A stretch of 64,000 nucleotides of DNA from an uncultured Pseudomonadota bacterium. GTDB taxonomy: Bacteria; Oederibacteriota; Muellerivitia; Muellerivitales; Muellerivitaceae. Position numbers and translations under genes: made by a program. The notes beneath the pieces were generated by a model that was given only the letters and a program-made list of their open reading frames with translations, did no database searches and was not told the origin of the DNA. Shown one piece after another: positions 58,512-64,000 of the stretch (position 1 is its first letter; the number at the start of each line of letters is the position of its first letter). The DNA is taken from positions 224,001 through 288,000 of the forward strand of contig CAWJKT010000001.1 in assembly GCA_963843375.1 (NCBI GenBank), written 5' to 3'.

Positions 58512-58547
58512 AACCCCGCCCCTGAATAAGGGGCGGGGTTTTTTTTT
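58512..58547 (+). terminator. Strong rho-independent terminator
   Basis: aaccccgcccct-gaata-aggggcggggtt followed by a T run. Confidence 0.92.
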
Positions 58548-58566
58548 GCCCGCGAAGGAAATAAAA

Positions 58567-59370
58567 ATGACGAAACCATTTAAAATCTTTTTTTTAGTGA
58601 TACTCGCTTCGCTTTTGAGCAGGCAGTTGGTTTTTGCCTCGGACGAAACCCCCGCCACGGACAGCGCGGCCAGTCTTGAAGTTGAGAAATTGAAACTCCA
58701 AATCGAAGAGTTGAAACTTGAAAACCAAAGATTGCAACTTGAAATAAAAACCCTTCAGTTGGGGGCCTCGAGCGGAACTCCAACTCCCGCCGCCGCCACC
58801 CCGTCTCCCACCCCGACGGACAAGGGCGGAAAGAAAATCGCCTTGGATATGGAGGAAAAGGCACGGGCCCTTGCGAAACAATACGCTTCGGACGGCCAAA
58901 AACTAGTTTTGGATTTTTCCAACGGGGAAATGTATTACAAGGATGTCCATTACAGGATGATGGACTTCAACGGGCTTTGCGAAGACCAAAAATGGGCCAT
59001 GAAGCAAAATTTCATCAAGTATGACATATCCGGCGACAGCATGTACCAGTACCAATACCGAAATGTTTATCTGAACCGCTATAACATGCAGGCAATGGGT
59101 GTTTTTGTTTTTGAGGCGCCCAAACAGGATGGTGATTTCACATTCATCACCCCTGAAACCGTCACCGAAACGGGACGTTTCGGCGATTTCAGGAACCTCC
59201 TTGAGACGGCCTATTTTAAATTCAGCGACGAACGCAAACAGGACGGCTTCCGGGTTTTGCGGTTCAAGCACGGGGCGGACTTCCTGGGATTCGACGATGT
59301 CCTGGAAATTTGGTTTGATAATAAAGATAATTTCGCGAAATTGAAGTGGGGTATGTTGGACAAGAAATAA
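58567..59370 (+). CDS. Secreted hypothetical protein
   Basis: Signal peptide MTKPFKIFF...VFA, heptad coiled coil, TPTP linker, globular C-terminus; AAGGA RBS. Confidence 0.7.
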   Translation: MTKPFKIFFLVILASLLSRQLVFASDETPATDSAASLEVEKLKLQIEELKLENQRLQLEIKTLQLGASSGTPTPAAATPSPTPTDKGGKKIALDMEEKARALAKQYASDGQKLVLDFSNGEMYYKDVHYRMMDFNGLCEDQKWAMKQNFIKYDISGDSMYQYQYRNVYLNRYNMQAMGVFVFEAPKQDGDFTFITPETVTETGRFGDFRNLLETAYFKFSDERKQDGFRVLRFKHGADFLGFDDVLEIWFDNKDNFAKLKWGMLDKK

Positions 59371-59478
59371 ACGAGTCATTTCTTTAAAAGTCGGATTTGT
59401 TTGCAGTAATCCAATATTGTTTAGTGACAATGACATTAAAGGCTGAAACTAGAAACTTTTACTAATAGGAGTAGAAAT

Positions 59479-59805
59479 ATGGATAACGCTTTCGCCCAAA
59501 CAGCCGTTAAGACCGCTGGGGCGTCAATGGGACCGCAAAACCCTTTGGTGAACCTGTTCGTGACGACGATATTGCCCATTATGTTGCTCTATTACTTCTT
59601 TTTTGTTTACCTTCCGGCTAAGGATAAAAAAAAGAGAGACGAGTCACTCAACGCGATCCAACGCGGGGACCGGGTCTTGACCCGTGGTGGTATTTACGGA
59701 ACCGTGGCGGACATCAAAGACCAAGTTTTAATATTGAAAATTAATGAGAATAATAAAATCGAAGTAGAGCGTTCTTACGTGGAAACCATCCAAAAATCCT
59801 CTTAA
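59479..59805 (+). CDS. yajC: Preprotein translocase subunit YajC
   Basis: Single TM, GDRVLTRGGIYGTV. Confidence 0.88.
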   Translation: MDNAFAQTAVKTAGASMGPQNPLVNLFVTTILPIMLLYYFFFVYLPAKDKKKRDESLNAIQRGDRVLTRGGIYGTVADIKDQVLILKINENNKIEVERSYVETIQKSS

Positions 59806-60120
59806 ACAGGGCATTGGAATTTTTGGCCGGCTGATTTGGATAATCTTAAAAGTAAATTTCACCCAATGCCTTTGAGGTTGTTTGTTTGGAAGAAGAAATG
59901 GGAATAAATTCAGGATGGGATTTTTTATATCCGACAATGACTTTTCGAATTACCCCTCCGTCTTAAAATCGGTGTTAAAGATTGTCAAAAGATTTATTTA
60001 ATCTTCGGGATTACTGATAAGTTCATTAATATTTTTCGATATTATTTTGGATGTAATTAAAGTTAATTGAGGTTGTTGGTTTTTTGTGAGGTTTAAAAAC
60101 AAATAATTTTGTTAAGACTA

Positions 60121-60148
60121 ATATTTGTCAATGTATATTATGTAAACC
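60121..60148 (+). other. Candidate dif site (XerC/XerD chromosome dimer resolution)
   Basis: ATATTTGTCAA-TGTATA-TTATGTAAACC, 11-6-11 layout in an AT-rich intergenic region. Confidence 0.6.
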
Positions 60149-60247
60149 TAAATCGTTGAAACTAGAATAAGAAAAGAATGTTTGCGATATAATTTCAGTG
60201 TTCATGAATAATCCAAAATCAGACTTCACTTTGAGGCGGCTGATCCG

Positions 60248-60790
60248 ATGAATGAAATAATGACCGCACAGGAATTGTCGGCCTATCTTAAGATTACAAC
60301 CACCACTATTTACAAATTGGCCCAGCAAGGGGAAATCCCTTCTTTTAAAGTGGGGAGCGAATGGCGTTTCAAGAGAGAGTTGGTGGATCGTTGGCTTGAG
60401 AAGGGGGTCGGACACTCCCTCAAAAAGGTCTTGGTCGTCGACGACGAACCTGCCATTTGTGAACTTTATCAGAAGGCGCTGGACCGGAAAAAATATTCGG
60501 TGAATGTGGCCCATTCGGGCAAAGAAGCTATTCAAGCCGCCGGCAAAGCCGATTACGATTTTATTTTTTTAGATCTTAAGATGCCGGAAATGAACGGGGT
60601 GGAAACTTTCAAAGAAATCAAGAAACTGACCCTCCGGGCAATGGTCGTGATTGTGACGGCTTATCCCGACAGTGAGCTCTTGAGCGAGGCCATGCGTTTG
60701 GGGCCATTGACGGTCATTCTAAAACCCTTCGATTTGATTGAGATCCAACGTTCATTGGAATCTTTGGTTCTCATGACGTCAAAAACTTAA
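60248..60790 (+). CDS. Response regulator with N-terminal excisionase-like HTH and C-terminal receiver domain
   Basis: MTAQELSAYLKI...IYKLAQQGEIPSFKVGSEWRF; VVDDE, FLDLKMP, VTAY, KPF. Confidence 0.88.
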   Translation: MNEIMTAQELSAYLKITTTTIYKLAQQGEIPSFKVGSEWRFKRELVDRWLEKGVGHSLKKVLVVDDEPAICELYQKALDRKKYSVNVAHSGKEAIQAAGKADYDFIFLDLKMPEMNGVETFKEIKKLTLRAMVVIVTAYPDSELLSEAMRLGPLTVILKPFDLIEIQRSLESLVLMTSKT

Positions 60791-60889
60791 ATCCCTTTTT
60801 TTCCCGTTTAATCTTCATCGATTTATTTCGAACAGCCCAATCAAAATGTAAAATAAATCCATTTATATAAACTTTCACCGGAGAGTCTG

Positions 60890-62281
60890 TTGGCGACCTT
60901 ATCATCCGAAATTTTTTGCTCCCAATTGTCCCTCCAAGGCCAAGGCGTCCTCGAAAAGTCCCTTGATTGGGTAGGCTTGTGGGAGTCGTGGTCTGCCGCG
61001 GGGGCCTCTGTGCTTTTGGAAAGCGCGGGGATTCCAGGGGAAGCCAATGAATGGTTGATTCTGGCGGGTATTCCGGAGAAAGAATATTTTGAGAGCGGAG
61101 AAAAATTCTGGTTGGCCGATGATTTGGGTTTTCATCCGGCTTCTTTCAATTTTTGGGATTTCGCTGATTCGATCGCGAACAATAGTTCCGGTTTTTTGCC
61201 CATGCCTTTTTGTCTCTCGTCATCCTGGTTCGGGATTTTAAGTTATGAGTTTGGATTGCTCACCCAATTGGGGGCAAAGAAGACAACGCGCAACCTTTCC
61301 AAGACGGTTCCGGATTTTTATTTTTTTAAGCCTTCCCGGTTAATGGCGGTTAATCGTCGTTCAAAAGAATATTTCCTTTTTGGCAGACATGACTTCGATC
61401 CTTTTAAAGATGGATTGCAGCTGCGAAATTCTTTTAATGTTCAGGCGATCCAAGCCCGAGGGAACCTGGAGGATTACCGGTTGAAGGTTCAAGGCGCCCA
61501 GGCTTACATACAATCAGGCGATGTCTACCAAGTAAACCTTGCCCAATCTTTTCAAGCCCGTTGGGAAGGAAATGCTGGAAGTCTTTACCGGCTTCTTCGG
61601 GAAATGAACCCGGGCCCTTTCATGGGAATTTTTAAGGGAAGGGATTTCACGGTGGTCTCATCCTCGCCCGAACGACTTGTCTCCGGTGAGGGAAACCGAC
61701 TTGAGACGAGGCCCATAGCAGGCACAAGGCCGCGAGGAAAAGATGAAATACAGGATCTGCAGCTACAAATTGAGCTTAAAACGAATCCAAAGGAACAGGC
61801 GGAGCACTTGATGTTGGTGGATTTGGCGCGTAACGATTTGGGACGGGTAGCCCGTTACGGAAGCGTCGAAATCAAACGTTATGCGGATATAGAATCTTAC
61901 GCAAAGGTTCATCATCTGGTTTCCACGGTACAAGCCCAACGTCATGAATCCGCAACCTTGTCGGATATCCTCAAATCCCTTTTTCCAGGCGGCACGATTA
62001 CGGGTTGTCCGAAAATACGCTGTATGCAGATAATCCATGAGTTGGAGGAAAGACCCCGTGGCTTTTACACAGGCAGCATGGGATATTTGGCCCCCGGGCC
62101 TTGTTTTGATTTGAATATTTTAATTCGAAGTTTCACCCTTTTTTCCAATGGGTTGCTGGAGTTCCACGCCGGGGCCGGAATTGTCGCGGATTCTGATCCC
62201 GAAAGGGAATATCTGGAAACCCTTTACAAGGTGGAAGCCATGGCTCAGGCCCTGGGTGTTTCCCTGATGCCGCCCGTATGA
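60890..62281 (+). CDS. pabB: Aminodeoxychorismate synthase component I (TrpE/PabB family)
   Basis: GDVYQVNL, SSSPERL, PIAGTRPR, EHLMLVDLARND, GTITGCPK, GAGIV; followed by a class IV aminotransferase. Confidence 0.8.
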   Translation: MATLSSEIFCSQLSLQGQGVLEKSLDWVGLWESWSAAGASVLLESAGIPGEANEWLILAGIPEKEYFESGEKFWLADDLGFHPASFNFWDFADSIANNSSGFLPMPFCLSSSWFGILSYEFGLLTQLGAKKTTRNLSKTVPDFYFFKPSRLMAVNRRSKEYFLFGRHDFDPFKDGLQLRNSFNVQAIQARGNLEDYRLKVQGAQAYIQSGDVYQVNLAQSFQARWEGNAGSLYRLLREMNPGPFMGIFKGRDFTVVSSSPERLVSGEGNRLETRPIAGTRPRGKDEIQDLQLQIELKTNPKEQAEHLMLVDLARNDLGRVARYGSVEIKRYADIESYAKVHHLVSTVQAQRHESATLSDILKSLFPGGTITGCPKIRCMQIIHELEERPRGFYTGSMGYLAPGPCFDLNILIRSFTLFSNGLLEFHAGAGIVADSDPEREYLETLYKVEAMAQALGVSLMPPV

Positions 62282-63138
62282 CCGATCTTATTTTTCTCGA
62301 TCATAAATTAGTTCCTATGGGAAAAGCGCGCTTTTCACCTTTGAATACCGCCCTTTTTTTCGGGGAATGTCTGCTGGAAACCATTCCGGTTTACCATGGG
62401 AAGCCTCTTTTCTTCGAGGATCACTTGGACCGGCTTGAGCGAGGATGCCGATTTTTGGACTGGCCAATCATTCCCCGCGAAAGGTTCGAAAAAGCGATCC
62501 GGCTTTACCAAGCCAAACCGGACGTACCGGCTCATTTTGCCATCCGGTTCAGTTTAGCTCAGGAAATAGATCTACCTGCCAATCCACGAATTTTTTCTAA
62601 AAGGATTCCTCGCCTTTTAGCTGTGATCCGCCCGCTTAGGAACAACCCTTGGAATTTTGAGCCGCTCCAGGGAAAAGTTGGAATCAGCAGTTGGCTGGTT
62701 CCAAGCCCGAACTCTGTCCCGGGTCAATTTAAATGGATTTTTTATATGATGATTCGTCAAGATTTTCGCCGGCATCCGGATTGGGATGAAATGCTAAGGT
62801 TGGATGAAGAAGGCTTTGTTGTAGATGGCGGGAGTTCCTCACCTCTGTGGTTTGCGCGAGGAACAGTGTTTGCTCCACCTTCAGCTACGGGCGCCATAGA
62901 AAGTGTGACTCGAAAAAAAATCTTGAGTTTGTGTCGCCGACTTGGAACGAAAGTAGTTGAGAAAAGATGGAAACCTTCGGATGTCCTGAAGCAAGGTGAA
63001 TTATTTTTCACTGGCTCCGGCGTGGGTGTCATGGGATCAACTTATTTAAAAGGGCGCTTTCTAAACCGTCCTTCCCCCTTTACCCTGCGGCTCTGGCAAC
63101 ATTACCGGAAGTGGGCGCTCCAAAAAGCTACGGTTTAA
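62278..63138 (+). CDS. Class IV aminotransferase fold protein, probable aminodeoxychorismate lyase
   Basis: FGECLLETI, HLDRL, SVTR, GELFFTGS; start overlaps the pabB stop. Confidence 0.7.
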   Translation: MTDLIFLDHKLVPMGKARFSPLNTALFFGECLLETIPVYHGKPLFFEDHLDRLERGCRFLDWPIIPRERFEKAIRLYQAKPDVPAHFAIRFSLAQEIDLPANPRIFSKRIPRLLAVIRPLRNNPWNFEPLQGKVGISSWLVPSPNSVPGQFKWIFYMMIRQDFRRHPDWDEMLRLDEEGFVVDGGSSSPLWFARGTVFAPPSATGAIESVTRKKILSLCRRLGTKVVEKRWKPSDVLKQGELFFTGSGVGVMGSTYLKGRFLNRPSPFTLRLWQHYRKWALQKATV

Positions 63139-63272
63139 CGGTTGTTCTTAAAATCCCCTTGTTTCGAAAAAATCAGCCGTTAAAATAATCGCGGCTTGCC
63201 TTCTTTTCCACCCTTCTTGAAGCAAACCAAAACAAAACGATCCGATCCTATTTCTGTTTCCCGGGAGGGAGC

Positions 63273-64000
63273 ATGTCTTTGATCCTAGATGGAAACGCGG
63301 TTGCCAAGGCCGTCCAAGAACAAATCGCCAAAAATCTGGAGAATCTAAAATCCAATGGGCCCAGACCGGGCTTGGCCGTGGTGTTGGTCGGCGATGATCC
63401 AGCCTCCGCTATTTACGTTGGCCGTAAGAAAAAAGCCTGCGATGCCCTTGGGTTCTATTCCGATGAACACCGATTACCGAAAGAAACCATTGAAGGGCAT
63501 TTGCTGAATTTGATCCAAACTTTGAATCAAAATCCGAAAATTCACGGCGTGCTCGTACAGTTACCGTTGCCAAAGCATTTGAACACCCAGAAAGTTATCG
63601 AAACTATCGATCCCCGTAAAGACGTGGACGGGATGCATCCTTACAACCTTGGTAAACTCGTCGCCGGTTTGCCCGGATTACGCTCCTGCACACCTGCCGG
63701 GGTCATGGCCATGTTGGACCATTACAAAATACCCGTTTCGGGTAAAAGAGCAGTGGTGATTGGAAGAAGTATCATGGTCGGGAAACCAATGGCTCAACTT
63801 CTTTTGGAAGCCAACGCGACTGTGACGGTATGTCATAGCAAAACCCGGAATATTGGTGACGTTATCAAGGAAGCCGAATTGGTGGTTGCGGCTATCGGAA
63901 AGCCGCGTTTTGTGACGGCGACTATGGTTCAGGATGGAGCCGTTGTGGTGGATGTGGGAATCAATCGAACCCCCGAAGGAAAGCTAGTAGGCGATGTGGA
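63273..64000 (+). CDS. folD: Methylenetetrahydrofolate dehydrogenase/cyclohydrolase (3'-truncated; absent from ORF track)
   Basis: GGAGG RBS; MSLILDG...PGLAVVLVGDDPAS...VQLPLP...KDVDG...CTP...GRS...VGKP...VDVGINR. Confidence 0.95.
   Translation, partial: MSLILDGNAVAKAVQEQIAKNLENLKSNGPRPGLAVVLVGDDPASAIYVGRKKKACDALGFYSDEHRLPKETIEGHLLNLIQTLNQNPKIHGVLVQLPLPKHLNTQKVIETIDPRKDVDGMHPYNLGKLVAGLPGLRSCTPAGVMAMLDHYKIPVSGKRAVVIGRSIMVGKPMAQLLLEANATVTVCHSKTRNIGDVIKEAELVVAAIGKPRFVTATMVQDGAVVVDVGINRTPEGKLVGDV

Noticed and set aside
63139..63272. THF or ZTP riboswitch before folD
   Set aside because: No conserved aptamer sequence or convincing stems seen.

Overview
Core-chromosome segment of a diderm bacterium; the lineage cannot be fixed from sequence alone. 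About 55 genes, almost all on the + strand. Contents in order: thiC, a ferredoxin, dnaJ-rsmE-aroE; a type IVa pilus locus (pilB-pilT-pilC-pilA-pilMNOPQ) running into aroC-aroK-aroB and a TPR-Roadblock plus MglC-like Roadblock pair; three tRNAs; much of the folate/C1 pathway (folM-like, folB-folK fusion, folE, folP, pabB, pabC-like, metF, folD); tilS-ftsH; cdaA-cdaR; pdxJ and pdxA; alaS-ruvX-mltG; ftsE-ftsX-envC-ctpA; tsaD, dusB, rsmI, PIN-PhoH, rsmA, glmS; a putative major outer-membrane beta-barrel protein; yajC. About ten genes, including essential alaS, are split by single-base frameshifts, most likely sequencing or assembly indels. No integrase, transposase, prophage, CRISPR array or rRNA was seen. 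Most notable signals: a ~280-nt six-hairpin 5' leader on the porin-like gene, a pilus-linked double-Roadblock module, a candidate XerCD dif site at 60121-60148, an FtsE with three altered ATPase motifs, and a degenerate nucleotidyltransferase-fold gene behind the tRNA pair. Family calls come from motif recognition by eye, not database searches, and no clearly new multi-gene system is established.
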